Assembly: GCA_951406725.2 (NCBI GenBank)
Contig: OX597820.1
Span: forward strand, 121,086,001 to 121,150,000
Length of the DNA: 64,000 nt
Origin: Octopus vulgaris
Taxonomy: Eukaryota
Direction of reading: 5' to 3'
Part shown: positions 39,570 through 54,324 of the stretch, piece by piece
How positions within the stretch are numbered: the stretch's first letter is position 1
Layout: each line of letters starts with the position of its first letter
The notes under the pieces: model-generated
Told to the model about the DNA's origin: nothing
Seen by the model: only the letters and a program-made list of their open reading frames with translations
The model's database searches: none
Made by a program: the position numbers and the translations under genes

Positions 39570-40226
39570 AATTCCACATGAGTCGTATTTTCCTCTCTAA
39601 CTAATTGGTAAAATATAATACTAGAAATACGATCACACTCACAAACACAATGAGCACCATAACAAGAGTGACGATGATACAATCCAGGAGTCTCTTTGTG
39701 GTCAAACAATCTAATAATTAACAATGAAATTGTCGTCAATTGTCTCATTAACTTCTTTGAACGTAACTGTTAATTAATATTGGAGGCGCAATAGCCCAGT
39801 GGTTAGGGCAGCGGACTCGCGGTCGTACGATCGCGGTTTCGATTCCCAGACCGGGCGTTGTGAGTGTTTATTGAGCGAAAACACCTAAAGCTCCACGAGG
39901 CTCCGGCAGGGATGGTGGTGATCCCTGCTGTACTCTTTCACCACAACTTTCTCTCACTCTTACTTCCTGTTTCTGTTGTACCTGTGTCACGCTGAATATC
40001 CCCGAGAACTACGTTAAGTGTACACGTGTCTGTGGAGTGCTCAGCCACTTACACGTTAATTTCACGAGCAGGCTGTTCCGTTGATCGGAGTGCTTCCATT
40101 TAATTAATATTGCTTTAGATTGACAATATCTGAAAATAAGAAATAGCAAGCCCATGGTAAGAAATGTCTTTATAGATATTCCCTATCAGGGTTAACTCGA
40201 AGCTAAACAGCAAGCACGGCGGATTA
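39570..40226. repeat. Unclassified ~330-bp repeat, copy 2, interrupted by SINE-B
   Basis: See 35514-35840. Confidence 0.9.
39782..40099 (+). mobile_element. SINE family B (tail type 1) with ~12-13-bp TSD
   Basis: TSD ttaattaatatt(g) at 39770-39782 and 40100-40112. The empty site is visible in the 35514 copy. Confidence 0.93.
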
Positions 40227-40753
40227 ATGCTACTACAGTTGATCCAAGAAACATCACAATGAACACCACAGCATCACAGCCATAAGCAATGCCAAAACGT
40301 CTATCATAAGCCCAACGACAAATGTTACTCTGACCCTTATAACAAAATCCCTCATAAACACAACATTCAACAAAGCTCAGCATTTCCCCAAATGCTGCAC
40401 CAGAATTTACAGTCATTCATTGCAACACTGCGGAAGCCATTATCATTTTGATAAGGGAAACTACAAACACACGCTAGAAAAAATATATGGCTGCCAATAT
40501 CCATGTGACGAGTAACGGTCAATCTGAACAGAAGCAAGGATTATCAATGTCCTCCTCGGTGTCTCAAAGATTATAGCAACAATAGTAAAAAAACGGCGAA
40601 ATTATGATGAGATTTGGTCGGCAACGTAAGAGGACTGAGCACGCATGCGTCAATTGTACGTTTTTATGGTCTGGTTTTCGCATTGTTCCTTTGTTGTCAC
40701 TCACGACCACGTTGTTGTGGCTGTCGTCGTCATCATCATCATCAACATCACCT

Positions 40754-41190
40754 TTATTATTATTGAGTGAGAGAGCAGTGCAAGCCATCAAAGTGACACT
40801 GGGGTGAAATGTACGAAGCCCAGTATACACATTATGACTACCCGTCTAAGGGTACATCAGGCACATGCATCACAACCATATGTGCGCGACATGATGATCT
40901 CATTTCAAGATAAACAGCGCATAACCATGCAGGTGGGGCCCAGTTAGAATTTTCTTCAGGTCGAGTAGCCCATCCCGCTGAAATGGTCCTTGAATAAGGG
41001 TTGTTTAAGGATGTTGAACAAACTACGCATGTTTCCAGAGGTGAATTGTCCAAACCCAAAAGAATTCCTCTCAACACATGACTATGATGCTCCCTCATGC
41101 ACGTGATCAAAGGTGCATTTATCGTCGGCCACTAAGAGAATGTAAAACAGTAAAACAACAAGCAAATCTGGTATTGAGCAGAATATTAGT
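40754..41190 (-). mobile_element. Repeat family E, minus strand
   Basis: Reverse complement of 26740-27238, with a (TAA)n tail. Confidence 0.85.
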
Positions 41191-41194
41191 TGGC

Positions 41195-41545
41195 GGCTTT
41201 TGAATATATACCCAAAGATCAGTGGGGACAGGCAGTCCCCTTGGAAAATACCTCTCTTGATTTCTACTGTCCCTAAGCTTCTTCAATATGCTGTAGTTCC
41301 GTCCTCCACTTCGCCATACTTTTTCCAAACAATCGCTCAACATTCGATGCAATATCAAATAGGTTCATACAAACCATAATCCATGAATGTGGGATCATAT
41401 CGCACGCCTTACGACAATCGATCCATGCCATGGCTAAGCTAGTTTTCCTCCTCTTGCAGTCTCTAAGTACAGTCTTGTCTACCAAGAGTTGATACCTCTG
41501 CACTTACGCATGCAACCCTTCTGCTCATGCGGCATCATTCCATTT
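41195..41545 (-). pseudogene. R4/Dong-like reverse transcriptase fragment
   Basis: EQKGC..QLLVDKTVLRDCKRRKTSLAMAWIDCRKACDMIPHSWI..IKRGIFQGDCLSPLIF. Adjoins (TAA)n at 41551. Confidence 0.88.
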
Positions 41546-41974
41546 TTTCCATTATTATTATTAATTTTATTATTATTATTATTATTATCATTATCATCAT
41601 CATTCTCAACGTCAATATTATTATTGTTGTTGTTGTTATTTATAAAGCTAAGCACCTCTCTCCAACTAATAGTCTAGGGCTCACTATTAAGATTATGTGA
41701 TGAAAACACATGACAAGCGTTTGCCTCCCCTACATAACATTATTATCAAACTGACAATTTTTCAGTGTTCTTTAATTACGCATCAAACAATATTTACTGC
41801 CTTAAACCTTGTCTCCACAATCTGATTCATATTTATATAATTGATGCTTACTTCACATTTGTTGACGGTTATGTTGATTTATGGTTGTGTTCAACCCGTA
41901 ACTAACCCCTCATATAGCACACGGCAATACGAATCCTCCTCTGGGTCACAGTCTAATGATATCTCTGGCTATAT

Positions 41975-42495
<521 letters not shown>

Positions 42496-43293
42496 TGTGA
42501 ATCCGCACACATCGGAATCTTTTGTTCGGTTTGTTTACCAAAGAAATCCTCGAATAAAGAATTTTATCTTCTGCCCATTCTAAGTCTGTGAAATAAATCT
42601 CACCCGCATAAAACATTGAAAATATATGATAAATAAGCGAAGCGTTTAGAAGCATTTACTTATCCTATAAACATCGGGAGACAGACTGAGGAAATTTCTT
42701 TTCCAGCATGAAACCAAACCACAACAATGTATCGCCTCATGTAAGTTAGACACAAGAGATAAGATTAGGGCTGAGGCTAATATATGACTCATTTGGACTC
42801 GAAAATATATAAAGGCATCCAATTCTAAAGAAATATTGAGACATTAAAGGACACAATACCCAACAGGATACATTTTGCGCAAAAGACAAATATGGTCACC
42901 GAAAAGAAGCATGACTGCGTGTGTCCTTGTGTAGATATTACCTGTCGAAATAATTGGACCTGGTTACCAAAAAAAATTTAGAAGGTAATTCGACAAAGGA
43001 GTCAGATAATAAAACATTATGAAAAACAATGGGGAACAATGAAGATGATAATCGTCAAGGAATTCTTCGAAGAATTTAACAGAGAAGATAAGTTGGCGCA
43101 CTGAAAGAATTTTTTGTTTTTGATGTTTCTTGACAATATTATTTCTAGACATAAATTGAAAAATATATTCTTTCGCTCGCGCAATTGATGTTAGATATAA
43201 CAGAATTTCTAGCAGGCGGCAAAGGAAAGGTGGAAGTGAAAATGGCATTCGTAGAATAACATTAAAGAAATTTTGATTACAAAATCAATAATA

Positions 43294-43335
<42 letters not shown>

Positions 43336-44133
43336 GGGAGACAGTAAGATGTTTAAAGAGCATTTTTGTTGTTCTTTCATTGGTTAGATTGAATATGAGG
43401 GACAATATATGTTGCCTCTTCTACTCCGCCTATATTGGGAAATAACAAGTGAAGGAAACTATTTGAGAAGTAAATATTTTCTTTGAACTCTTCAAGTCTT
43501 GTAACTGAAATTGAATGTGTGAGAATCACTCATGTGAATTTGCAGTTTAATGCGAATATTAACTACGTTCGACATGAAGAAACACAGCTATTTTATGTTG
43601 GGTTTTGTTTTACCATTGTTAGAGTTTATTAATATCTGCCTGATGTACCGAACAACATTCAAACTTTGACGATTACAACATTTCAAAATGTAGGACAACT
43701 TAATCATCAATGGTGAAGATAGAACAACAACTGGTAATGCTGTTAGTCTCGCGGTCGTTTGGTCGTATAGTTGACTCTCGGTGGAATGGTAACTTCTCTC
43801 CTTCAGCAAGACATTTCCTTCCATATATCCAGTAGCACAGTTAAAACTTAGTTGCGTTTGGTGACAGATCATGCAATAAATTGAAGTCTTGTTCAGGAAA
43901 CGGCCATGCACTGTCACCCTAAAAACCTTCACAATCAAGATAATCCCCACCTTCGGTGCCAATAGACTATATCGATTTACATTCAACGCTGGATAGCAAA
44001 TCAAATATGTCTGCTTTAAAGACTGTGAAAAACGTGGAACATCTCAAGTATACGGTAAATATTTTATTAGAGACTCATAGTTCTGGATCGTTAGAATGAA
44101 AATCGGCTGCTTCTAACAACAACAACAACAAAT

Positions 44134-45600
44134 GGGTAGCAAGTAGCCTGGGAGCAAGGACCCTGCCGCCTTGGCGGACTACCTAGGTAGAGATGATCTA
44201 TCGATAAAAATACCGATTAGTAGTAACCTAAAAACATACTTCATTTGTGATAGTAAATGCCAAGAAAAAATAAATTACGATGACGGTGAGAACAGGACTA
44301 GAACCAATCGTGAAGATGCCACACCCAGCAGGTGCACCATTGTGCAGCAGGGTGGGCCCGTTCGTAATCCAACAACTGCTAACCATACTACAAGACGCAG
44401 TCCTTGTACTGGTCAAATTACGCAACGTGCTTAAAAACGCAAGTGGTCTGTTATATGAACCAAAAGGTGATCCAGTGCCGTGAACAAGCCTTACTAGACA
44501 AGAGCAATGGCAAATGTAAAGATGTCGGAAAAAGATCATTAGAACTTTGGAACCAGTTGGTATGTTCCAGATTCCTGAAAATGGACTCATGAATCAGACA
44601 AGAATAATTCGGAATAGAGGATTTCTTAATGAGATCCAGATGCAGAGAATCAGGAAAAGTTTCTGTAGTGGTGAGAATCTGGAAGAAAGTAACGTAGGTG
44701 AGGATCAGTGAATGTGTAGGCAAGGTGAAATTGTAGTGGAGGAGAGATGGGCCAAACAATGGAATGTAGAAAACCCTGAAATAAGAGAGAATATGACTGA
44801 GAAAGAGAGAAACCTCAGGAAAAGACTCGAGGATAAAAGAATTAGAAGAACAGAGTCCAAGCTGGTGAATCTAAGACGCCCCGACCGTAACAATGTGAAA
44901 CACGTGACCCAAAAGGTTGATGAGATTCTGAAATACATTCTGACAAAAGATCTAACAGAAACAAGGGACTTGATCAGATCCGCTTCAATTTAAGTGGATC
45001 TTTTCGGTTTGAACGGCAGTTTTTAACAATTTCTGAGTAACTAAAAAATTTTAAACTTCGTATACTAGTAGAATGTGTTTATAAAACATCTTTTTTTTCT
45101 TGGTTTTATTGAGAAAATTCTATAGTTTGTAAGATATTTGTTGTTTATTTTTCTTCAATTTTTGCAATTTCAACCAATCACTGACGTCCATTGAGGTAAA
45201 AAAACATTCTGTGCCGTATGAATATGTCCCTCGTTTAAGAAACAGATTGGGTTTATTTACATTTGTGAAGAAAAAAAGATACCTTTCCCCCCACCCCTAA
45301 CCCTAACCCTAAACAACCCTAACTAACCCTAACCCTAAAACAGATTGAAATGCAATAGATCGATACTGGGGTCATAATTATGGGTGACAATTTCATATGA
45401 CACCGCTAGAAAAAACTGCCGTTCAAACCGAAAAGATCCATTTAAGTAGGTGAACTGGTTGGAAAGAAAAAGAGGAAAGTAGACAGACGGAAAGAAGGAG
45501 CCATGGTGGAAGCGGGGAACTGTAGGCGGTATTTTAACTTTGCGTAAAGGCCTGAGTCACATAGAAGAGAGGTCCAAAGAGCAATGGAAACATGGAAAAG
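44134..45600 (+). pseudogene. R4/Dong-like element 5' region, interrupted by a MITE
   Basis: LMNQTRIIRNRGFL, DLTETRDLIRSASI and EPWWKR, matching the R4-clade N-terminal TNxLIYA..PWWKRR pattern. Confidence 0.65.
44996..45439. mobile_element. Merlin-like MITE copy 3
   Basis: TIRs present. Perfect 8-bp TSD atttaagt at 44988-44995 and 45440-45447. CCCTAA array at 45295-45338. Confidence 0.93.
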
Positions 45601-45659
45601 AAAATGGTTTGTTAAAGATGGCACTGACATTTCTAATTCTTCCACTTCCTACACAGGCA

Positions 45660-46055
45660 CAAGTGTGGATGAGTGGTAGGAAGATTGCTTCCTAACTATA
45701 TGGCCCTGGGTTCAGTCCCAACACGTGGCACCTTACCTAATTGTATTCCACTGTATCCACTGGACGAATGAAGCCTTGTAAGTGGATTTGGTAGACAGAA
45801 ACTGAAAGAAGCCCGTCGTATATCTATCTCTGTATGTGTGTTTGTGTGTCTAAGAGTTTTTGTTGGTTACCCTCTATTGCATTTCAACTGAATTTGATTT
45901 GCATACGTACCCGTATCTTAGTGGTTTGGCAAAACAGCCAATAGAATAAGTACTACACGTAACAAACAAAAAGCATTAAGACCGATTTATTCAGCTAAAA
46001 CCGTAAAGGCGTTGCTCCAGTATGACCGAAGTCTAATGACTGATACATGTTAAAG
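45660..46055 (+). mobile_element. SINE family A, old copy
   Basis: Colinear similarity. Lies tail-to-tail with the next copy. Confidence 0.8.
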
Positions 46056-46064
46056 AATATATAT

Positions 46065-46480
46065 ACTCTTTTACTCTTTTACTTGTTTCAGTCATTTGAC
46101 TGAGGCCATGCTGGAGCACCGCCTTTAGTCGAGCAAATCGACCCCGGGACTTATTCTTTGTAAGCCTAGTACTTATTCTATCGGTCTCTTTTGCCGAACC
46201 GCTAAGTGACGGTGACGTAAACACACCACCATCGGTTGTCAAGCAATGCTAGGGGGACAAACACAGACACACAAACACACACATATATACCTATATATAT
46301 ATATATATACATATATACGACAGGCTTCTTTCAGTTTCCGTCTACCAAATCCACTCACAAGGCATTGGTCGGCCCGGGGCTATAGCAGAAGACACTTGGC
46401 CAAGATGCCACGCAGTGGGACTGAACCCGGAACCATGTGGTTGGTAAGCAAGCTACTTACCACACAGCCACTCCTGCGCC
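46065..46480 (-). mobile_element. SINE family A, young copy
   Basis: Reverse complement of 16849-17282. Confidence 0.92.
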
Positions 46481-46754
46481 TATATATATAGTTGTTTTTT
46501 TTTTATCGAAACTCGAGTCGCAAGACAAACTTGCCGGCTCAGTTTCGTAATATAGAAACAAAAAGGGACACAATACCAATCCTTAGTACATGTATTGAGT
46601 ACTCCTTTTTACTTTGCTCGTTATAAACTCCATACATATATATGTATATAAATGTAAATATATGTAAGAATAAGTTTATATATAGGTATATATGTGTGTA
46701 TATAAGTATATAGAAGTTTATATATATATAGATATGTACATATGTATGTATACC

Positions 46755-46909
46755 ACTTTTTTCTCTCCTTGTTTTTTTTTCTGTTTATCTTTCTGTCGAA
46801 GAGCGTAGGATCGAAACGTAAAAGACTTTTTCTATTTCTGAGCGCTATACTAATACATTTGTTTGTACTCCACCTGCCTTCGTCTTTTGTTTATTTTCGT
46901 AAACTTTCC

Positions 46910-46912
<3 letters not shown>
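46755..46912 (+). mobile_element. Variant-hammerhead TA-adjacent element, copy 2
   Basis: tcttt-CTGTCGAA-gagc gtag gatc-GAAACGTA-aaaga at 46788-46825. (TA)n follows. Confidence 0.75.
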
Positions 46913-46960
<48 letters not shown>

Positions 46961-47094
46961 CATATATATGTATATATATGTATGCATATATATGTATGCA
47001 TATATATGTATATATATATATGTGTAAATAAATGTACATATAACTATATGTATATAAGTACTTATATATATATGTACATTTATATACACAGAAA

Positions 47095-47141
<47 letters not shown>

Positions 47142-47521
47142 TTGTACCCCCTCCCCCTTATATGAATGTATAAAGTTGAACGTTTCTCCATACTTATGAC
47201 TTGGAGTCCAGATAATGAATTGGTTTGAAAAATGTCAATTTTGCAAGATTAACATTAATCTCTATTAACAGACCCCCACGTGGCTGCAGATAATTATATC
47301 TATATACAAAACTGACACCAAACACTCTGAATGAATATTTAAACATTTTTTTCCGAAACTGCTGGAGAGACCTGTGGGGAATTAAGCGAAATTTGACTTG
47401 TTATCTTGAATTGGAAGTAACTAGTATTTTGTGTTGCTTTATCATTATTATTATTATTATTATTATTTTCAGATATATGTAAATATGAGCCGATATGAAA
47501 TAAATTATCTATCTTTGTGCG

Positions 47522-47561
<40 letters not shown>

Positions 47562-48415
47562 CACGCACACACATACACACACAACGCACGCGCACATGTG
47601 AATGGTTTTGCAGTTTGTATATATGAGATGCGTATGTATTCGTGTCGCTTCTGTGAATATGTATGTGTTTGAGTATTTGTGTGTTATGACTTTGTGCATA
47701 CATAGATACATACACATGTCTATGCATGTACGTATATATATATATGAGTGTGTGTTGTGTGTCTATATGTATTTATGCACATATATATATATATATATAT
47801 ATACATATATATACATACACACACACATATATATATATATATGCACACACATATATATACATATATATACACACATATATATATATATATACATATATAT
47901 ATATGCATAAATACACATAGACACACAAACACACTCATATATATATATATATATATATACGAATGTTTTTATGTGATTGCAAACGCACGTGTTTTTAAAA
48001 TGAATATATTCAACAACAACAACAACAACAACAACAACAGCAAAAACTTACGTACTTAGGTTTGAAGTGTGAGCGAGTGTATATCTCCTCACGTAGATGT
48101 CTGCTGTGTCTATGTGTAAACTACCATCACAGTTGGTGTAAATACACAGATGTTGCGCCTTCAGCTTTTCGTTAGTAATAATGTAATTACTAAACGCAAG
48201 CCGAATTAGTATTACTTGTTCATATTGGCAGTCTATAGCAAAAGTTTGAATAGGGCATGTTGTACGCACACACACACACACACATACATGCACATACGCA
48301 GACATTACATATATACCTACGCACGAACACACACACACACATACACATACTTACTTATATATATATATATATATATATATATGGACGTTTTCATATACAT
48401 ATTTGGATGTGAATA

Positions 48416-48451
<36 letters not shown>

Positions 48452-49197
48452 CTTGTATTTGTTTATGAAGTTATTTTACCTTCTAGTCACACTCCATCTT
48501 AATGCAGACAAATTAAATGCGTATATATGTATCCGTGTGTGTATGTATGTATATATATGTGATATATTCTTATATTTTCTTGTAAGGTGAAATCTGTATA
48601 TTCACATTTGAAATATGTTCATTGATTAAGTATTTCGTGTAGTGTATGCGTGGTTTCAAGCTCCATTCCTTTCTGTCGCACCTTAGGCCTGCGTCTTTTG
48701 CCCTAGCCTCTTAAGAAATATGAATTATGGTGTTTGTATACATGCATACATATATTATTATTTATGTATTTAATATTATCAAAAACAGTTTGCTTCGGCT
48801 CCATGCGGCTTCAAGCTACGCACGCTTCTAACAGGAACCCCGCTCTTTCAGGCTCAGATTACCGAATGAAGAAACACTGGAAGTTCGAGATAGATACTCG
48901 AAAATGGGCTGTTATTCGTCAAGGCGGGTTACATGTTAGAAATGATATCGGTATTTCAGCGACACCAGATGCATTAGAAAAGAAAATTCCTGTTACAACA
49001 AAAGTTGGGAAAACTTTATAACATCGCTTAATATTAAAGTGATAATCACTGCGAGAAAGCGCCTTCACAACATTGACATTTTAAATGAAGAAGCGTACAC
49101 AGCAGTGATCTGTCAAGACGCATTTCAGTTCTCACAGTTAAATCGTATGACTGTTATTATTCAGAACTTGATGACTTAACTATAATATTCGATACGA

Positions 49198-49614
49198 GGC
49201 AGCGAGCTGGCAGAAACGTTTGCACGCCCGGCGAAATGCATAGCCGTATTTTGTCTGCCGTTACGTTCTGAGTTCAAATTCCGCCGAGGTCGACTTTGCC
49301 TTTCATCCTTTCGGGGTCGAAAAATTAAGTACCAGTTATGCACTGGGGTCGATATAAACGACTTATTCCGTTTGTCTGTCCTTGTTTGTCCTCTCTGTGT
49401 TTAAGCCCCTTGTGGGTAGTAAAGAAATAAGTATTTCGTCTGTCGCTACGTTCTAAGTTTAAATTCCGCCTAGGTCGACTTTGCCTTTCATCCTTTCGGG
49501 GTCGATTAAATAAGTACCAGTTACGCACTGGGGTCGATGTAATCGACTTAATCCGTTTGTCTCTCCTTATTTGTCCCCTCTGTGTGTAGCCCCTTGTGGG
49601 CAGTAAAGAAATAG
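49198..49614 (+). mobile_element. SINE family C, dimeric form
   Basis: Full monomer plus a headless second unit, with the same junction as 4208-4622. Confidence 0.9.
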
Positions 49615-50740
49615 GAATTTGTACGCGATCAGTTGACCCACTAGAAAGAGTAGCCAAATCTTCCTGAAATCACATTCCCATCGTCTTAAAAAGCACCCTC
49701 TGGTTAACGTGTTTCTGAGCTTCTACGGAAATGAGACGGGTGTGATTGGAACACATTTTATCCTAAGTTCTCTCAATTCAGGTCTGATCTAGGACTTCAC
49801 TACATCAATACTTTTTAACTTTCTTCCAGTCGGATTGATTTAGATGGCAGTTATTCAGCATTCACATCAGTATTTATCAAATAGTCTCCCGAAATTAAAG
49901 CTTTAATTCACCTCATCCACCACAGCTTTCCTTTTTGATACAATTCCACAGAAGACATCGAATAAGCCTTTGTTAATTTACAGAGATTTCATGGAAGGTA
50001 TCACATCAATTCTCTTGAATTTACTAAAGTAAAGAATCTTTGAGAATTTGGTGTCCTGCCAACGGAGTGTTGGGAGAATAAAAAGGTTCGCTTCTTTGAT
50101 TCTTTGTCAAATATTTTTCTAAATGTTCTTTAAAGGGAAAAATTTAATGATGCTGAGTAAAAAGGAAGAGTAAAACACAGAGGAAACGGAATTAACTAAA
50201 GGCACAATATATAATATTCAATGGAGGGAAAGGGAGAGAGAGGGCGGAGATATGTGGAGGAATAGAGATGAAGAGAGAGGGAGAACAGAGAGAGAAATGG
50301 AGAAAGACATAGAGGGAAGAGTTAGAGAGAATATGTCTGAGGGAAAAGATATATTGCATGCGAAAGTACAAAAATTGAGTTGACCGAGAAAGACGAGACA
50401 GTGAGAGGAAAAGAATGAAAAAGTGAATAGAATAAACAATTTAATCAAATAAGAAAAACAGAACAAAATTAAGGAGAGAAAAAGATAAGAGAGGAAAGGG
50501 AAGGAAAAACAGAGAGAAAAGAGACAGACGGACAGACAAAGACAGAATGTATGTGTTGCAGGTGAAAATGAAACAAAGAAAATGATGTAAATGGAACACA
50601 AAATATGAACGGCGAAAACAATGAACCGAAATATAGAAACCCCGGCGAGACGGAACCGAAATTATACGTGTGTCTGCGTGCGTGCTTGTGTATACATATT
50701 GGCATATACAGGTGCTTACAGTTATCAAGTATTCACCCTG

Positions 50741-50772
<32 letters not shown>

Positions 50773-50995
50773 GCTTATTGAGCGAAAACAACTAAAGCTC
50801 CACGAGGCTCCGGCAGGGGGCGGTGGCGGTCCCTGTTGTACTCTTTCGCCACAACTTTCTCTCGCTCTTTCTTCCGTTGGCCTGCTCGCTTAGCCAGCGG
50901 GGTGGCGTCATTTGAAGGCTAATACAATGCGAAGCACCATTGTGACCAGCGATGTATAGCAACATCTGATAACCTGGTCGGTCACTGTGATCACG

Positions 50996-50998
<3 letters not shown>
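50773..50998 (+). mobile_element. 5'-truncated SINE family B (tail type 2) between TA runs
   Basis: Body matches 3780-3897. Tail matches 60654-60770. Confidence 0.85.
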
Positions 50999-51059
<61 letters not shown>

Positions 51060-51519
51060 GGGGAGATAGATAGAAGGATTGACAGGTGCTGATATGATGG
51101 GAACAGCAATGTCAGGATAACCTAAAACACCAGAATTGACCGATATTATTACACAGATATTGCAAATATTGCACAAGCATTTGGGTTTTCCAACGAATTC
51201 ATTCGTTAATTTCCGTTTATCTTAATCCTTATTTTTCATTGGTAATTTTAACAAATGAGTTAAGCAAATATTCTCGATTATTGTCCTCGACTTGTTGCCA
51301 ACGTTCCATTAAATTGTGAATGACTTGATGGTAGAAATCATCAGGTTTTTATAAGAAAATTTCATCGAGACACGTTTCCCGCTCTTCATCGTTGCTGAAG
51401 GAAACAGAGAGACTAACAGACAGACAGACAGCTGGCAAGCGACCGAAAATTGTGATGGGGGCATGTGTGTGCGCGTGTGTGCGTGCGTATGCGTGGTTTA
51501 CACTTGGAGAGCTAGAAGG

Positions 51520-52350
51520 CCAAGTGTAACATATCCATGACAAATTTCGTACGTGCTGAGTCGTGTAGTCTGTGTGAGGAAAAGGGTCTTGCTGGACAAC
51601 ATACATTCTGCCCCTGAGCATCTTTCTTGATCCAGGGCGTAACAACAGTTTCCTTTGTCTCGATGTAAGCTACCGCAATGACCCTAAAGCCTTACGGGGG
51701 AAAAGCGAGGGGCCCTCATTGCTCACGGCTACAAAGATCATCACAAACGATGGTAACTTGAGGGGCATAAGATTAGAAACTTCAGTGAAACTGGCACAAA
51801 GCCATATGTCTTTCCTCCTGTTCATGTTTTGATCTTGGACAAACTTCTCATCTGAGAATATCCAGACCAAATCCAACTCTTCGGGGTGCTGCGGTTTATT
51901 CAGCACGCGCTTCGACTGGATCGCATGGAATTCTCGGATTTTATCGGTCACATACTGTCCTCTTCTCATGATATTGGACGTGTGCCTGATATCTTCGTGC
52001 CTCTATGCTTCTAACTGCTGACTCAGATACATAGAGATAATTGACAATGGCCATCATTAACCTGCCAGGTTTTCATCAACGATGCCCAGCACGCTCTGGA
52101 CAAACTTCACTTTTCTGAAAATGTCTGACCTTCGAAAATATTTCTTTTTTTTATGGCTCTGTCTGAAACACGAGATACCTGGCGACATTTGAGGAAGGCT
52201 ACACTCGCAGAATCAATGTGGTTCGCATCTAAAGCAACAAAAATGGTAAGCGTTTGCGCGGTCTGCGTTAGATTCGAAGCTTGTATTTGGGGGCGGAAAA
52301 AGTGAGGATATTTAAAGTTAGGGCCACTTGTAGTTCTTAAAAGATTTGTT
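51520..52350 (-). pseudogene. Decayed Tc1/mariner (DD37D/maT-like) transposase
   Basis: WIFSDEKFVQDQNMNRRKDIWLC..FVMIFVAVSNEG and GRMYVVQQDPFPH. Confidence 0.8.
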
Positions 52351-53119
52351 CTCATATATTATGTATAAGACATGGATAGATAGAGAGATAGTTAGATAGA
52401 GAGATAGACAGAAAGAGACATAGAGAGATACCTAGAGGGACAGATATATAGATAGATCGATAGATGGATAGACAGACAGATTGACAGATAGATCTATAGA
52501 CAGAAATACTGATAGATCGATCGATAGATAGATGGACAAACAGAAAGACTGACAGATTGATGGATCGGTCGATAGATAGATAGATAGAAACAAATAAAAA
52601 AATAGCTAAGATAATATTAAACATATTTAAAGGAATTTGTAACTTAATAAAATATATTTTATTTAAAATTTAAATGGATTCTAAATCATACTATATGTGC
52701 TCGAACGCCTTCTGTGTGTGCGTGTGTGTGTTTGTATATGCGTGTGTGTGTCTGTGTGCGTATAAGATATTGTAAACATCCATATTTTGAGCATCGTAAC
52801 GATATCCTTTTAAATGTATTTATATGTGAATAATCCGAGCTGAATGCAAAATGTTGAAAGCTCCCTCTCCACCCCGCCGCCCTCCTATGTAACCAACGAT
52901 GACTACGAATGTACATTAGGAGATTTAAATGTAAGTAAACTTCTTGTGACACGTAGTAATTTTTTTTCTGAATTTACTAATGCTTTAGTTCTCTGCGATA
53001 GAGTGAAACACCTCTAAATCCACGAACACTCAGGAATATCGGGAGGAAATCACGTGCGAAGAAGGGAACCTGAACATATAAAAACATACATTCATACAGG
53101 CACACACTCACACACACAT

Positions 53120-53166
53120 ATGTGTGTGTGGTATATACAGTTATGTATATATATGGTATATACAGT

Positions 53167-53201
<35 letters not shown>

Positions 53202-53324
53202 TATATACAGTTATGTATGTATATATATGGTATATACAGTTATGTATGTATATATATATATATACATGGTATATACAGTTATCTGTATATATATATGATA
53301 TATATATTTATGTCTATATATATG

Positions 53325-53384
<60 letters not shown>

Positions 53385-53543
53385 ATATATATATATATGT
53401 ATATATATGTGTGCGTGTATATGTATATATATATATGTGTGTGTGTATATATATGTGTGTGTGTATATATATGTGTATATATATATATATGTGTGTGTGT
53501 GTGTATATATATATATGTGTGTATATATATATATGTATATATA

Positions 53544-53590
<47 letters not shown>

Positions 53591-53725
53591 ATATATATAT
53601 GTGTGTATATATATATATGTGTGTATATATATGTGTGTGTGTATATATATGTGTATATATATATATATATGTGTGTGTATATATATATATATATGTGTGT
53701 GTATATACATATATATATGTGTGTG

Positions 53726-53782
<57 letters not shown>

Positions 53783-53788
53783 ATATAC

Positions 53789-53815
<27 letters not shown>
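53120..53815. repeat. Long TA/TG low-complexity array, starting with an atggtatatacagttat minisatellite
   Basis: Directly visible. Confidence 0.95.
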
Positions 53816-53819
<4 letters not shown>

Positions 53820-54129
53820 CAAATACAAAGTCCAAAGATGAATACACATATCTAAACAAAAATAAAATGTCCGAATATGAAAGATTTAATTAATTTAAGT
53901 GGCTACTCCAATTAGTGTATAAGGGGTCCCTGACAGTTCCATTCTTCACGAGGTTGACAGCCTGCATGATGCTTGGAAATGGGTGCAGAGTAGGACATGG
54001 GGTATATTATGGGTAGTGAGTAAAGTATGAAGTCAGGGTAGATGTGGACGTTGTGGAAGCAACTGAGATGATTAATTGCTTTATGAACAACTGTCATAAA
54101 GTATGACAGAGACCGGTTGTATGAAGAAG

Positions 54130-54176
54130 AGAAGTGACTTCGAAATTTCGGTCTCTCGGCCTTCATCAGACAGTCT
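54130..54176 (-). ncRNA. Minimal hammerhead-like motif
   Basis: Minus strand: agactgt-CTGATGA-a ggcc gaga gacc-GAAA-t ttcgaa g-TC-acttct. Stem I is weak. Confidence 0.45.
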
Positions 54177-54324
54177 GATGGATGCTGGCTTGCGGAAACC
54201 TCGACATCCTTGTCACCCTAATTCTACTAAAAGGTATATATTATATATAATATAAATAATATATAAATATATGCATATATACATACATATATGGACATAC
54301 CTACACATGTGTATATATACATGC

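Noticed and set aside
44134-44230. HDV-like ribozyme at the 5' end of the R4-like element
   Set aside because: P1, P3 and P1.1-like pairings can be drawn, but I found no 3' strand for P2.
45295-45338. Telomere or chromosome-fusion relic
   Set aside because: The CCCTAA units are internal to a MITE and present in all three copies.
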